From NCBI GenBank assembly GCA_964016885.1, contig OZ024745.1, positions 52,638,001 to 52,702,000 of the forward strand: 64,000 nt of DNA, written 5' to 3'. The position numbers and the translations under genes are program-made. This DNA comes from Eledone cirrhosa (lineage: Eukaryota). Every line of letters begins with the position of its first letter. Within the stretch, counting starts at the first letter, position 1. A model generated the notes under the pieces. The model was given only the letters and a program-made list of their open reading frames with translations. It was not told where the DNA came from and searched no databases. Of this stretch, positions 13,138-28,004 are shown one piece after another.

Positions 13138-14262
13138 GTATATATAGTGCCAAGAGTTTCCGAAGAATAGATCAAAGAAAAAAAGCAGTCTATTTGATAT
13201 AGTGCTGAAAGTTGTTTTATAAGTTCTCAACACAAATGCATGCTGCCAAATGGATACTGCCTAATGTCCGGGGCTGGAGCTCCATGGCTGGCTGGTTCCT
13301 TTTTTTTTCCTGGCAATAAATGTCGTAATTATCAAGGCCAGTATCAGTGGCTAACATACGTGAATAGTGTTCTTATTGTTGGCCCGGTAGATTGAATGAC
13401 CTTTTTATAGTGATGATAGGTTCTTCGTGACTATCATCGGTAGAATCCTCGTTTCTGGTAGAAGCATTGCCTCCATATGTGCGTAGCCTAGGGGTTCTGT
13501 TTTGGTTTGGGCGGGTTTGGCTGTCGGTTATTTTGCCGCCGTCGTCGGTTGATACGTAGTGGTGGTTCCTGGGGTATGTGCGTATGGAGTCAAACTTAGC
13601 CGCATTGGGGTCATCAGGTTTGTTGATGCTAACGTGTTCAGTATTAACTCCCCTGATTAGTGCCTGTTATTATATTCGGCATATTGGTCGAATATCTCAG
13701 CAGTAGCCTACAGAGCAGATATTCTATCGGATACAATCTCCACGATGGAATTTAGTACTAACTTAGGGTGGATACAGTAGTAAATTTACTCAATTGGGGA
13801 TTTACATTTTTTTGTGGTATTGTTGGTACAGTCGCGAATCTTGTTCTAGGGTCACGGCAAGAAGGTTCGCAGCTATATTTGTCTGTTCTATCTATATGTG
13901 GAGTCCTACCTCTTTAAAGAAAATCTTAAGATTTTGCGTGATACATCTAGCTGAGTAGCATTAGGGTTTCGGAGGGTGACAAGGGCCTCGCCTTCATTCC
14001 TTGGGGACTCTAGCCAGATATAATCAAGGATGTAGATGTCTATGTTCTTGATTTGCACCGAGTCACAAAAGACTATAGAAACAGTCCGATCGATCCTTAC
14101 GTTTGCAGTTTGCCTTCTCATTCTATTAGTATATTCCTAACTGTCGTCATTAAAAGCAAAGGCACAAACACGCACACACACAGACACATACTATTTACAC
14201 TCTGTCTGAGCATCAAGTACTGATTTTGGTACCACTACTAATAAGTAACTGAATCACATATA

Positions 14263-14314
<52 letters not shown>

Positions 14315-14487
14315 CTGTGCGCATGTGTATTCGTGTGTGTGTGTGTGTGTGTGCGTGCGCGTGGATGTGTATGTGTGTGTGTGTCTAGTCAGAGGAGAGA
14401 TGTGTTTGACATATAGTCATTACTTGACGCAGGCCTCTACAATGAAATGACCGAGAACCGCTTTCAATTACACCATATTATTTAACT

Positions 14488-14676
14488 GTGGATTGGCAGT
14501 ATCGGTAGAGGGTCGGGACGCCATGCTTTGAAGCATAGAGTTACCTCCCTTTATGATCTGAGTTCAAATCCCGCCGAGGTTAACTTTGCCTTTCATCCTT
14601 ACGGGGTCGATAACATAAAGTACCAGTAATACACTGGGAAAATTGCTGGCCTTGTGCCAAAAGTAGAAACAATTAC
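14488..14676 (+). mobile_element. tRNA-derived SINE with Nin/Deu-like central domain
   Basis: A-box-like tggcagtatcggtaga, B-box gagttcaaatccc, core ctttgcctttcatccttacggggtcgataa, tail ggccttgtgccaaaagtagaaacaatta. Confidence 0.85.
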
Positions 14677-16786
14677 TTAACTATAAGGTTTCGACTCTAG
14701 AGCATAATGTTGTCATACTTATACAAACCCAGATACATTTCAGTCAACACTAATGCAAAAAGAAATGTTTTAATGTCTCCCTCCCATTAAATATAAAAAA
14801 ATAAATTATTTAAAATAATTTAAAAATAAAAAAATAAATAATTAAAAATAATTTTAAAGTAAAAAATAAATAATTCATTCATCTTTTTAAGATTGTTCAA
14901 TCTAAGATATACATGGAAACATGTTCTTTTCTGCAATATAGGGGTTTTCAAACACACTAATGCAGAAACATACATCACGTAATTAACATATCTATGGAAT
15001 CACAGCTGAATCATTATTCGAGTGGACGCTGCCTCATGACGGATATCGAACGAGTGCAGTGAGTGCTGCCAGTATCACCTAAAACCCAATACATATATAT
15101 ATATATATGTATATGTATATATATTCATTGAAGGATATATATGAGCATGTGTGTATCTGTGCGTGAGTGTGTTTGCGTGTGTGTATGAGCTAAAATGCAT
15201 ATGTATGTGATTATATATAGGGTTTGTGTGCATATTATATATTTTATGTTTTCCGTATTTCCCGTTGGCCAATAGAAAGCTATTGATCACGATTTGCTTA
15301 AAGTTCAACTTTACATAGCTTCAAAATGTAGTAGCCATCTTAACTTCTGCTTAGATTCTTGCTTTAACTGCTGCTTTTATTCATAGTAGCTACCGCAATT
15401 TCTCTAATATAAAAATAATAAGAACATCATAAAAAGCAAAGGCAATGTTCATATTCAGTGAGGGAATATATTTTAAACGCTTCAGCAATTTATTCTCTTT
15501 ACTGATAGAGAATCGATAAATCTATATTGCAGTAAAGGTGAAAAGATTACTATAGTTATTCAGAATTTGAAATCGTTTGAACCAATGTAATATCATCTGG
15601 AATAATTTCTTTACTATGGGAATATTTCCCGTGGAAATAAAATGTAAAAACAAATCGTGTAGTTAGAAAACATGTTATATCTCTCAATAGAAAACTAAAC
15701 ACATGCCTTGCAGACTTTCAACCATTTTCTGCAAGTGAATGGTCGGTCACATTCTCCGAACACAACTAAGCCAACTATCCAATATTCATATCTTTTTTTT
15801 ATTCTTATCTAGAATATACGTTCCTATTAAGACCCAAATGCCATTCTGCTATTTATAGCATTTCCTCTACGCCAAAAAGAAATGTTTAAGTTATAGGTCC
15901 CTTTAGAAAAAGCAAATACTTATGAATTGACGCATATAATATGTAGAGTTTATTCAATTTATTACAAGTCGTAATTTTATTTCTAAAATATTTATGACGT
16001 ATGCCACAGTCGTCAAGATTATTTTAGAAAATTAAATAAAAGCATTAAGTAGAAGGTAAGATGAATATAGAATAGGTAGGTGGATGTCATTCTTTGTGAA
16101 TTTCTTAGATATAAATTGCTAGAAATGTGTGTTGCTCTCTATGTCTGTTTGTATGTGTTTGAGTGAGTGTGTGTATATGTGTGAGTGCATGTGGGCGTGT
16201 ATATGTGTTTGCATCCTTCATTACGATACAGAATTAGGCAGGAACTCGTAGAAGTGCATGTCCTAATCATTGCAGATGGTTATTTCTCTCAAAAACATAA
16301 ATCATCCCTTGTCATACTCTGTACGCATATACATTAAGGTATACATTAACTACTTATGCTTATAGAGTTAGTTCGCCGTGTTTAACATAATATAATTATT
16401 TACCTCATCATCTATCTACACTGCACCTGCTTTACATTCTATCCATATATATGGCTGATTATCATTTCTTATTTAACGAGTATTAGATTGCATATTGTAA
16501 AGTCACATTTAACATGATTAAATAAACTTATAAAGTTTACTTTGTTATAAATGTAGAGCACTTCTAACATTGTCGATTATTAAGAAAATTACTTCGGAAA
16601 CCACAAATACACACATGCATAGGTTGATATGTTAATCAAATAGTGCATAATATTCACCTCATGTCCCAGGGTCTGCATATCACTTACTCCATGCCATCAC
16701 GCATCCCCCATATATATATTTATATACTTATACATATATTTATATATAGTATGTGTATATACAGGGTGAGACATAGAGAAGAGAGT

Positions 16787-16788
<2 letters not shown>

Positions 16789-16874
<86 letters not shown>
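16789..16874. repeat. (GA)n microsatellite
   Basis: Direct inspection. Confidence 0.95.
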
Positions 16875-16876
<2 letters not shown>

Positions 16877-17049
16877 TGTAATAGAGAGACGCCGGTTTCG
16901 GTGATGAGTATTTTCTATCAACATATTTCCTATCAACATAATAGCTTCCTCATGTAGCTGACAATTTCATAGATACTTATACACATGAAATAATTCTCAA
17001 AGGGCAACAAATGATATTACGAGTCTACTACTTTGAATTACAGATACAC

Positions 17050-17215
17050 TCCATTAGGCGGAGTTCCGAACAATTTCCTTCTAATAAATTTCGCCCAACT
17101 GGCCTGACTCGACCCTGACTTGTTAGTCGACACATGAGCAAGATGTCACTCGGTGCACTGTAACCAGTGATGTCAAGTGTGCAACGCGAACTTCTTAACC
17201 AATGTACCATGCTGT
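17050..17215 (-). mobile_element. Decayed tRNA-headed SINE of a second family
   Basis: Minus strand starts gcatggtacattggttaagaagttcgcg; a similar decayed copy lies near 21890-22030. Confidence 0.4.
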
Positions 17216-18429
17216 ATTCACACACAGGCATACACACATACACTGACACATACGCACACATACATACACACATACATACATACACAAATAAATGAATATA
17301 TAGCTACTTTGTTAAGATTTTAAGATTATAGATAATCCGTGCATAATCAGCACTCGATCGGAATCATATGAATTGCGAAATAGAAAGTAAATCCTACTTA
17401 ATCCAAGAACTATTCATATTCATCCCATTATTATTGGGATGCAATAATCTGTTGATTTGGAAAATGCAGTCGCTGATTATAATAAAAGTAAACAAAGAAT
17501 GCCAGAATGCTTTTGCATAATATCCTTTTATTGCGTAACCACCGTGTCAGTAACAATACTGCTTTCAGATTTTGTATTATGAAAATGTTTGTAAACAGTG
17601 AACAGTATAACTCATTTTATCTGGACACAAAATGTTATGTCACGTCCCCAAACCGATTAAACTTAATGGAATTCAGAATCATTTGAGCTGGTCAATCAAC
17701 GGAACATTAAACAAAAATATAGCACGAAATTATAAATGTAGAAAGTGAAAACAAAATTGAAAATACAAAAGATGCCACAGAGCAAAAAAGATGAGGGAAA
17801 AGAAGTGAGAGTGGGAGGAAGATACAGAGGTGTATATAGTAAACGGAATACAAGAAAAGAAGTAAATACAAGAAATTAGAAATAGATAATTCGTGGAATC
17901 CGAAATCAATTATCTATAGGCTCTACGTGTTATTTGATATTGCTTATTAGTAAACAATATGCTATGCATGTGCGTCAGTATTTTAAATAAACGTTATGAA
18001 ACGTAAAATTACATGGATTCACATTAGAGAAATAAAGCAATATAGAATCACTAAATGAAATATAGTAACAAAAAATCAAGGACTAAAGAAATAAGAATAA
18101 AGTGCAGTAAATTAAATGAAATATAGAAGAATAAAAAATAAAAATGTGCGTGAGCAAATTCCTGTCTAGCACTAGGAATTTTTTCCAGTGATATCCGATG
18201 CCTATTTGTTTTATATACATGGTTAAACCACTTAAAATTTCTGTTACGTAGCCTATCTTTTCTTCTTATTGCAATTCGTGATATGGTTGCCGTTAATGTT
18301 ATTTTTCCTGTGATCGTGATTATTAAGTGATTCTTCCTTTCTATTTTTCATGCTATGTTTACAGATATTATTTTAATTAGTAATCGCTAAAATCTATCAT
18401 TATTTGTAGTTAAATATGGTAGTTAAATG

Positions 18430-18612
18430 GTCGGTGGATTGGCAGAAGCGGTAGTGGGTCTGTCGCCATGCCTTGCAGCAAAGAGTTACAGCCCTTTATG
18501 GTATGAGTTCATGAGGTTAACTTTGCCTGTCTTCCTTAAGGTGTCGATAACATAAAGTACCAGTAATGCACTGGGGTAATGGCTGACATTGTGCCAAAAG
18601 TTGAAACAATTA
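18430..18612 (+). mobile_element. Nin/Deu-domain SINE copy
   Basis: Similar to 14488-14676. Confidence 0.8.
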
Positions 18613-19139
18613 TTTGTAGCTAAATTTGAAGCAGCTATTGTGTCCTCAAACATTTGATGAGTAATACTTGGTGTATTGCTAGTTCTATTAACGTTGATTT
18701 TATCGTATAAGCCTTAGAGGCTTAATCGATCTACTAATTGTGTGTATATCCTTATGGTTAATGCTACTGTGTATAGGATCTCTAACATGCGTATGCGTAT
18801 ATTAATCCTGTGTCCATATCCAAATTCATCGCGTTCGTTATTTGCAAATGTTCAGTGTTATTTGAACTTGTAACATCTGCATGTTTTACGCTGCGTCTAC
18901 CTATCGTTAACCATGCACCATACGAGATGTAGGGTATCTTCTCAGTACTACCTGCTCTATCGAAAATAGTATTGTAATATTCGGTGTTTGATGTATGTAT
19001 TCGTTAGCTGGCATAACATCTAGACAACTTGTCGGGACTGTGTTAACTATAAAATTACTAACTGTTCAAGTATGGTTGGAGATTGACATGACGTAGTTAA
19101 GGCTAATGACAAGGACTGAAAAGGCCAGTTTTGGTTGTA

Positions 19140-19246
19140 TTCGCCGAGGTTGACTTTGCCTTTCATCCTTACGGGGTCGATAAAATAATGTACCAGTAAT
19201 GCACTGGGTAATTGCTGGCCTTGTGCCTAAAGTAGAGACCATTACT
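19140..19246 (+). mobile_element. 5'-truncated Nin/Deu-domain SINE copy
   Basis: cgccgaggttgactttgcctttcatccttacggggtcgataaaat...ggccttgtgcc. Confidence 0.8.
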
Positions 19247-19355
19247 TAAATCTAGATTTACGCTGAAAACTCCCACCGATAAAATAATCATCCTCACAAA
19301 TTACAAGGAGCACCAGTATATATCAGTACCATTATATATATATATATATATATAA

Positions 19356-19408
<53 letters not shown>

Positions 19409-20404
19409 TGTGTGGGATGGGGGGGGGGGTTGTATGTATATGTATGTGTGTGTATGCATGTTCACATATGTTAAATCGCCTGTGGTTTTGGCAGTATTTG
19501 TATGTGTGTTTACCTGCATGTATATATTTATTCATATGATGTAATGGAGGATATATATAAAAATACTGAATATAATGTGCTTATTTGAACACTTATCTAA
19601 CAACACTTGACTAAGCACATGGATCTTATATTTTCACAAGCTGAATACAAATTCAGTTTAATGAAATCACTAGACAATATGAAGAAGAGTTTTAAAACGA
19701 AAGAAATGCATATACTAACGCCATTGATCCGGAAGGCAAGAATAAATATTGTGTGTGTTTTGTAAATGATATATCTCACATCTTTTCGAATTTTACAGAA
19801 AATTTTAAATAAAATATTAGGATAATTATTAACAAAGTTTTACACATGGGATGAATATGAATTTAGTTATAATCGACGCTACCAGGCATAATCTTACGTG
19901 TTAAATAATGGGACAATGATGATGATTAACGTTGTCGAAATTAATTAGTAAATAAAATTACAGGGAAATTGTTTATTGTGAAAAAAGGGATTTCTCTGAA
20001 AAGAGTTTATACCTCTTATGATAGATGATAGGTGAAACGTAAAACATATTTGCCTTCCTTGTAATTTTTTATTTTCTATTAAATTTATATTAAATTTTAT
20101 ATCAATAATATATTAAATTAGTCCTATGGACTATGTGCTCGACACTTTGATATCTTTACCAAACTATTACTAACAATTTCGACTCCTGAGACGCTTACTG
20201 TAGATTCGTTTCATATCACCCACGTGTAACTTTGGCAACACTCTTTAGAGGTGACAGGACAGCCCAATATTCTAATGCAGTCGTAACCATCAGTGGATTC
20301 TCAAAGGAAATTTCCTACTCTCCAGACCCTCAGACAAACAGGAAAAAACACTAGAGTCACATCCGCCATCTGTTTCTCATCGCCTTTATCGCTTAACGTT
20401 AAAA

Positions 20405-20595
20405 TAATTGTTTCTACTTTAGGCACAAGGCCAGCAATTAAACCAGTGCATTACTTGTACTTTATTTTATCAACCCAGTAAGGATGAAAGGCAAAGTTAA
20501 CCTCGGCAGGATTTGAAATCAGAATGGCAAGGGCCGTAACTCTATGCGTCAAAACATGGCGTCCGACCCTCTACCGATACTGCCAATCTACCACA
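20405..20595 (-). mobile_element. Nin/Deu-domain SINE copy
   Basis: Reverse complement of the 14488-14676 family. Confidence 0.85.
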
Positions 20596-23500
20596 CTTAA
20601 CGTTAAAATAATGTAAGTAAAACAAGCTTAGCCCTTATAGGCATACATTTTCTTCTGAGACATAAATACCACCAAATTTATAAACACCACACGATTAAAC
20701 TAGGATATTCCTGTAACAGAAATATGATATCCCATCTCTTAAATTAACAACCGTGTTCGCAAACGTCAGGATGCTCATGTAAAACACCACATACTTAACC
20801 GTTTTATTACCTATGTACTTTCCCGGACATAATATACGAGAATAATTTCACACAATGAGTAAAATCATGGATATGGGTTGGCATGTCAGATCATCGATTT
20901 CAAAACCGTTTCCTTAATCATTAAACTACTTTCAGCAACTTGTACAAGAGGAATACCATGAAGCTGGCAAACTAAGTATGCAAATCTAATGTAAAACCAT
21001 ATAACGATTGCAGTCAAGCGTCTGTAATTAGTAAAATAATGAACATGTAAAGAAGGAATGTATACACCATAGCGGGAGTCTTATTTGTGGGTATTGATAT
21101 ACGTATAGTAATGCTTATTTATATTATATTGTGATCTAATTCGCATTATGATAACTGGCTGTATTTACGTAAGAATTCTTAAAATATATTTTCCTATTAT
21201 GTAGTCTTGTGACGAGGTAGTAAATCGATATATGATTTGTAATTCTTGCGCATCTGGATATATATGACACAATAATTATATATCGTCCCCTTGTTCTCTC
21301 AATGGGATTGAATCAGTATCTACCTAATTCAGTTTTCATTGATGCATTAGGAGAATGAAACAGAATATCACATCTTTGCTAAGGATATATCCTATACTAT
21401 TTCACAGAATACTTTGACATTTATTTCACTAAATGATATATCTGTCCTTGCCCATTATTTTCATTTGCAGTCACTAATTCATAGTTTCATTATCATAGTA
21501 ATATTATTATACTACAAAGCTGCAGTAACACACACTGATGTTGACACTTTTAAATCTGAAATATTGCGCATTACCACGTGGAAAATGTAGTCAGAAGAAC
21601 TTCAATGCTCGTAAAATGTAGAAGATAGTATAGAGTATACATGAATATCTACTCGGAATGATTTAATCTGACTATTCGATTTTGGAGGATATTTTTTGTA
21701 GGAAATTTGGGAAATTTTCAAAGGTCTTTCAATTGGGGATTCTACAGGACTATATGCTTTTTAGTATGAACTTTAAAAGCATTTGAACAGCGACGAATTT
21801 TGTTGAAAGGGAGTACCATATCATGGATAGCTCTGGCACGCGTTTATGTGCAATAGAGATACGCCAGGCAAACGAGTCTATAATGCAGTATTTTCCCACC
21901 GTCTACGTTTGGAGTGAGAGCCGCAGGTACCCTATCTTGAGCATGTGTCTTCCGTATTAAACTTTTGCAAACCGATGAATTATGACAAAATTTAGGTAGA
22001 TTGAAACTGCATGGATGTCTGTCCGTAGAAATCGACCTATTGTTCCCATAGCTTCCATTCTCTCACAATTCGACATGAAGATTATGCCTAAATATTCTGT
22101 TTAATCTACATGTGTATGTTAAGAAGCTACCTAACATCAACGCGCTAATTCAACGTGTTGTTAGATCAGCTAGTCCAACAATTTGAAGATACAACACCGA
22201 AAGTGATTGTGGATACATTTTAGTGTTTTAGTGTATGCTTATATAAATTTCATCTATTTATAACTTATATATTATTCTACACTAAGATAGCAATTATATT
22301 ATGCAATGTAAGTAAAACAAGCTTAGCCCTTATAGGCACGTAAGAGTGTAAGATACGTTTTTGCTGAGTTAAATTGCCATGAAACGTGGATTATTTAATA
22401 TTTATGACAGTTGTCGGCGAGGGGCAATTTACATTTTAAATGAATTATCTAGCTCTTCTAGAGCTCTTATATTAACTAATCAAGAAACACCATCACCAGC
22501 ATCTTCAATTTTTTTACCAAATATGTTGCGGTTTGTTTAAACAAAATATCCTTCCATTTAGAGACAGTTGAATATGACATAGTGCAGTAGAATATCATTT
22601 AAGGAACAATAATCATAGTAATTGAAAAAGAAAGAACAATATGATAATGTCTAAGGGACGGTAACGATATCATCAACACGAATAATTACCTGAAGTATAA
22701 ATAAGAATTATTGATTTAAAAACTAAACTTATTTCTTTATCACAATGGCATCCCATTTATTATTCAATGGAAATGCAAATTAAATGTGATAAAATGAGAT
22801 GTTTTATTACAGAGGATATTAATATTTCTTAAATTTTGTTTTTTTGGGGGAAAAAAATTGTAAGGTGATTCAATGATAAAACTTTCAAATGTATTCAATG
22901 TATACGATTATTTTCCTAAACAATGAATCCGCTTGATCTCATACCATTCGAGATCCAATGTAGTGATATTTCTGCAATATTAAACGAACACAATATAACT
23001 AATGAAAATACAGCTAAAGTACGATGGTAATAATAATTGCTACATACTACTACTAATAATAAATATATTTGTGTATGTTATAACAATGCCAAAATGTCTG
23101 AAAATTTATTTGTAAAATACTTCAATATTGTAGTATTTAAAAGGAAATGCCTTTTGTTAAAGAATGAGTGTTGAATTATCTTGAGAATATAAAGTAAATT
23201 CTGTTGTATGTAAGAAGCTCTTAATCAGATTGCAATTACTCTTACTAAAGATGAAGTTTAAATAATATTCCATTCATTGGTCTAGATTCTCTAGATTATC
23301 ATTATATATTTTCTGAAGATTTTCATTTCATTGTTCCTTTGTTTAGAAAATCGCATGATCAAGACGATTTTTTAATCTCTCGTGTAAACTTTTCATTATT
23401 TATTATTTACTATTTTCCTAGCATATTTTCAACAATATGATGTTTCTTCATTTCGTTTTTTTTATTGGACTTAATCTAAATGTAACACAAACTTCTATTG

Positions 23501-26500
23501 TTTATATTTTCTGAGTATTTTTCCTCAAGTTGGCGTTTATTTCTCTCAGTTCGTCAACATATTTTCTATTTAATTGTTGCGTAGGCACTAGCGTTTTTAT
23601 TCGTAGTTGGAAATTTATGTTTTAGCAATAGAGATTTGCAATTTTTGATATTCTGTTTCTATATTTGGTTTATAGGTTAGCAGTGATTATCCTAGCCGAA
23701 TTCCAAAGCGTATTTTACAGCCAACTGTCGAATCTTCAATAATAATATCAAATGTTTCAGATATATTACAGAAAATCTCTGTATGTATCTACAAAAATAC
23801 TATATACTGTATGATTGAAACTGCAATATTCTATGCAGGCTACATGCTCTGCTTATTTACCCCGTAATGGATTATCGTGCAACTAATTTCCTCCTGATAC
23901 GCATACAAATACAAACCCAGCGGATGCGATTGTTTAATGATCCTGAATGAAGACATGAAGGCAGTTCTTCAGCAATGGCATACTAGCTTTAAGAATAGTC
24001 ATTTGTACATCGCGCCAACACGCATAACATCTATAGTATGCTGCTACATATGTTACCCGGGTGTAAGAAGTGTAAAGGCGTGAGAGTATATTTTACTAGC
24101 GAGGAAGTAGTTAATGTGTGTGAAAGAAAAAGCATTTTACTTGAGTGTTGTTGAGATCACATTGTAACTCTATGAGGCAGAAGAAATAGAATGCCGTTTT
24201 CTTCAGTGTCAATAACATAATCTAATGCATACGCATACAAACACATTTGATATACCGATAACATATGTTAATGGCGTTATCGGTAAGTGTGAATGTATAT
24301 AGCGGTGGTGATGGACATAATGACGGAAATGCGAACGCTTTATATATTTCTACAAATATTCACTTTTAATAATAAATTAGTTAATGTATGCGCTTTACTT
24401 CTTTTAATTGGCATCTACTGAACAGAATCATTTACAAGTAAAAAAGTATTCATTTCGATAAGCTTATTCAATGATAATATAAAAACTATTGTATGAGTAT
24501 ATGCCACAACGAGGAAAATAACTAATGATTTGTTATGAGAGTTAATGCCAATAAGCTAGAAAAGAAAAAGAGAAAAATATTATCACTAAAACCACTTTGA
24601 TCAAAGATGTATTAAAATAGAGATATGAATTATCATAATGACAGTTAATGGGATTATTATTTAAATAATATAATGGTGAAATAATAAGTATATGAAAATA
24701 ATTATTGTGTATTGGGACTAGAAATACTTTACTGCTAAATATTTTAAGAATATCCACATACATACAAGAAGGTTGTGCCTGGGATTTCCAACGTGTAAAT
24801 TTTCGTTCTCCCATTCTATTTGGAAACATTTCAAGGCAATATAACTAATAGGATTCATGAGAGATCTTACTACTTTTTCAAAATTTATATTGCAGCAGGC
24901 ACGTTGCCTTCTTAATATATCTCATCGGTGGTGCGTTTTCATTCAGATCGTCAGTAAGACATGAGCAAAACATTTCTATTATTTCCACCAAGTTGGCAGA
25001 ACACGTAGTTTCAGTGAGGTAATTTACAGTAAAATGTGTAAATGCATTGTCATATGTAGGGAAGGGTGTATGTAAAGAGGGTTATGTGGAGCCAATGCTT
25101 TGATGTTCTTCTAAATTGGATCACAGCAAAATTGCTGATGTAAATGACGTGCTTCTAAAGGTGAAGGCCAACCTCAATGTGGCGGGGATGTCACCAGAGC
25201 AGTTAAAGAGCTTACATGGGGCAAGTTCTCTTGGAACGATGACATTCGGTTAGAGATGTTAAAATACTTAAATTGGGAATATATGCTCTAGCTGTTTCAT
25301 GTGAACCGGATGGCCTGGATCCCAGAAAGGCACCAAAGTAATGAAAATCTGTAGTGGTAAACCCAATTTACAAAAAGGGGGATAAGAGTTATTGATTTAA
25401 GTATAGAGGAATCTCCCTGTACTGGTATATGCTACGAGTCTGGCCAAGCCCTGTGAAGATATTGTCGAGGTCAAGGTAGCTTTCGTGAGTGAGGCCATGA
25501 CAAACCCAGGAATAACTGCTCAAAGATGAAGGGTAGGGTTAACCTTAAAATTCCATTTCTAATACTGGATAGAAATATCCAGTTTTACACTGTGGTCAGC
25601 TTAGTATTTCAAACTTCAGGCATACAAGATAAACTACATGCTAGTGAATGGCTGTTGCAAATATAGGGAATGACTATTGCCTATACATATCACTGACCTA
25701 AATACTAGGTTTCATCCATATATTAGAATGAGTAGTGTTAACAGTTATTAAACATAAGACAGACTGGTGGAAACCGATGGCCATGTTATAACCAGTCAAC
25801 AAAATTAAGATACAAAATACAGGAGTAAAACATTACATAATTAGACCAACACAATTTCGGCTTTACTATTCCTGTAATTTTGCTTAGATAAGTGTTCCAC
25901 TTGATGATAATAGTAAAATGTATTAATTGTAAATGATTATACGTTACAATAATATCCTGCATATGCCATACCCATCTTAACCAACATTTTGTTTTCCTCT
26001 TTCCATCGCAAAATTACTGTACGATTTTCTTCACCTGTCAAGCTTATATGAAATTCCCAGTGCACTTATCTTTTCAACGAAATAATTATTCTGATTACAC
26101 TTAGGCTTAAAAATATAATTGCTGAAATCCTAATCCATTGATAAACAAATAAAATGCCTTGCACTTGTCGCTGTGACTAATATGATATATGAAACTTAAT
26201 GATTAAATAAGTGTAAGATGTGTGAGGGAAACTTTAATAGATAAGATGATTAGAAGAGAGTGGAAGAGAAGGATGAGAGGGAATATAAATACAGAGACAC
26301 ACGTTGAGAGTGAGAAAGATAGACCGAAGAAATAGACAGAGGGATAGAAAATAGATAAAATGTGAAGAAAGAAGTGGAGATGAAGTGAGAAATATTAAGG
26401 GTAATCGGTGGAAAATTATGGAGTGTTTTGAATATAAAATTAAAGTGAAAAGTGAAAAACAATAAAGAATACCATAATAGAACATAAAATATTCAAAACA

Positions 26501-26893
26501 AGATGAAGTGCAATTTGTAGGAATCTAAAGGGACATTTCAGCTCTCATATATTTTCTATTCTCACATCAGCCGTAAGGGGTATTGAAAGTTATTATCAGT
26601 CGATTAGAAATGGTCTACATAAATCAAAATGACTAAAGGTGTAATAGACGTGAAAAAATAAAAATAAATATTAAAAAATCCTACTCTAATGACTATAATT
26701 GTTATTTTTATTGGTGGTGTTGTGTTTTTGGTTGATTCTATGGTTGCTGTCAATGTTTTTTTTTATTTTTTCAATTTTTAGTTTTTATGTTCACGTTCTT
26801 ATAATTCACATCATATCAGTTGCTCGAAATTTATTATCAGCAACATCAGCAAAACTAGCACTATCAGAATCGTCATCAGTATGGTCAACATTT

Positions 26894-26931
<38 letters not shown>

Positions 26932-27040
26932 GCTACTGATGCTGCTGTTGCTGCTCTTACTACTACTACTCCTACTACTACTACTACTACTACTACTGCT
27001 GCTGCTGATGTTGCTGCTGCTGCTGCTGTTGCTGCTACTG

Positions 27041-27108
<68 letters not shown>

Positions 27109-27120
27109 GCCGTTCCTGCT
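26894..27120. repeat. Compound (CTA)n/(CTG)n trinucleotide microsatellite
   Basis: Direct inspection; it generates the poly-L/T/V ORFs. Confidence 0.95.
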
Positions 27121-27164
27121 GCTATTTCAGCAACAAGAACAACAAATATTACTACCATTCATAA

Positions 27165-28000
27165 TAATAATATTTTCGTTATTGGTCTGAATGGGCAAAA
27201 CATGTAGGACAGTAGAAACACATGGACAAAGGGGTTACATAAATGTGTATAAAGGAGATAACAATAAATAATACAATTATGACAATAGAATTTCCCAAAA
27301 TGGGGGACCACAACACAGTGGTAACTTAAAAACCCCATACAACCTAAACGACCCTACTCTCCACAGGCAGCCAAAATGGTTGTTACTTTTCATTCAAAGT
27401 ATCCAACCTACATGTGCATGATCAGTGTCGGTAAATTCCCTCGAGCAGCCCTCGCTACATTCAACCAGCTTTAAAATAAATACTGCGGTGGGCAGCATTT
27501 CTCTTTCCACCCTCACTTGCTTTTCCAAGCGGAACTTGAAAAAATTAATGACGGCCTGGCCGAAGAGAAAAGTGTCCTTTTTCAGTACATCTAGCTGCGT
27601 CCACCACACAACCACTTTCACTACAGCCACCAGAAAGAGTAAAACTGCCTGTTTTCCCGGCCAAGAGACGGTGGAGGGGTGATCCCCTTGCAATGGAACT
27701 GTTCGATAGCCGGATCCGTCCTACACGTGATAACAACCTTTGAACAAATCTCTACAAGAGGTTAATGCACAGACACTTGACGAGTAAGTGCAGAACGGCT
27801 TTGTCACACTGGGCGTAGCAGGGACAGGTTCGTCAAACCGCATTTCCCTGTCTGTAGAATTTCCCTCGAAATAGCACTGACAAGCTAGGGATTTCTGAAA
27901 GTCCTCCATTGTTTCCGGCTTTAACATTCCTCTGAAACAGACCGGTTAGGTCCATTGACTTAACGACTAGAACCTCTCCGAGAACGTCGTCGCATTTGAC
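27165..28000 (-). mobile_element. Decayed 3' end of L1/Tx1-type LINE ORF2 and 3' UTR
   Basis: Frameshifted DFQKSLACQCY, CPCY...HLLVKC (CCHC zinc finger-like), LLSRVGRIRLS, VVWWTQL...INFFKFRLEKQVRVERE; ends in a (TAT)n tail. Confidence 0.7.
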
Positions 28001-28004
28001 GACA

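Noticed and set aside
14488-14575. tRNA gene
   Set aside because: A/B-box head of a multi-copy SINE; no cloverleaf.
15028-15060. gctgc-CTCATGA...GAAC...gcagt
   Set aside because: Both core strands are defective; not distinguishable from chance.
15300-26600. Host exons in the long AT-rich unique stretch
   Set aside because: No ORF with recognisable protein motifs; small exons cannot be excluded without RNA-seq.
26699-27207. Poly-Leu/Thr/Val ORFs resembling mucin or membrane proteins
   Set aside because: Produced by a (CTA)n/(CTG)n microsatellite at a LINE tail.
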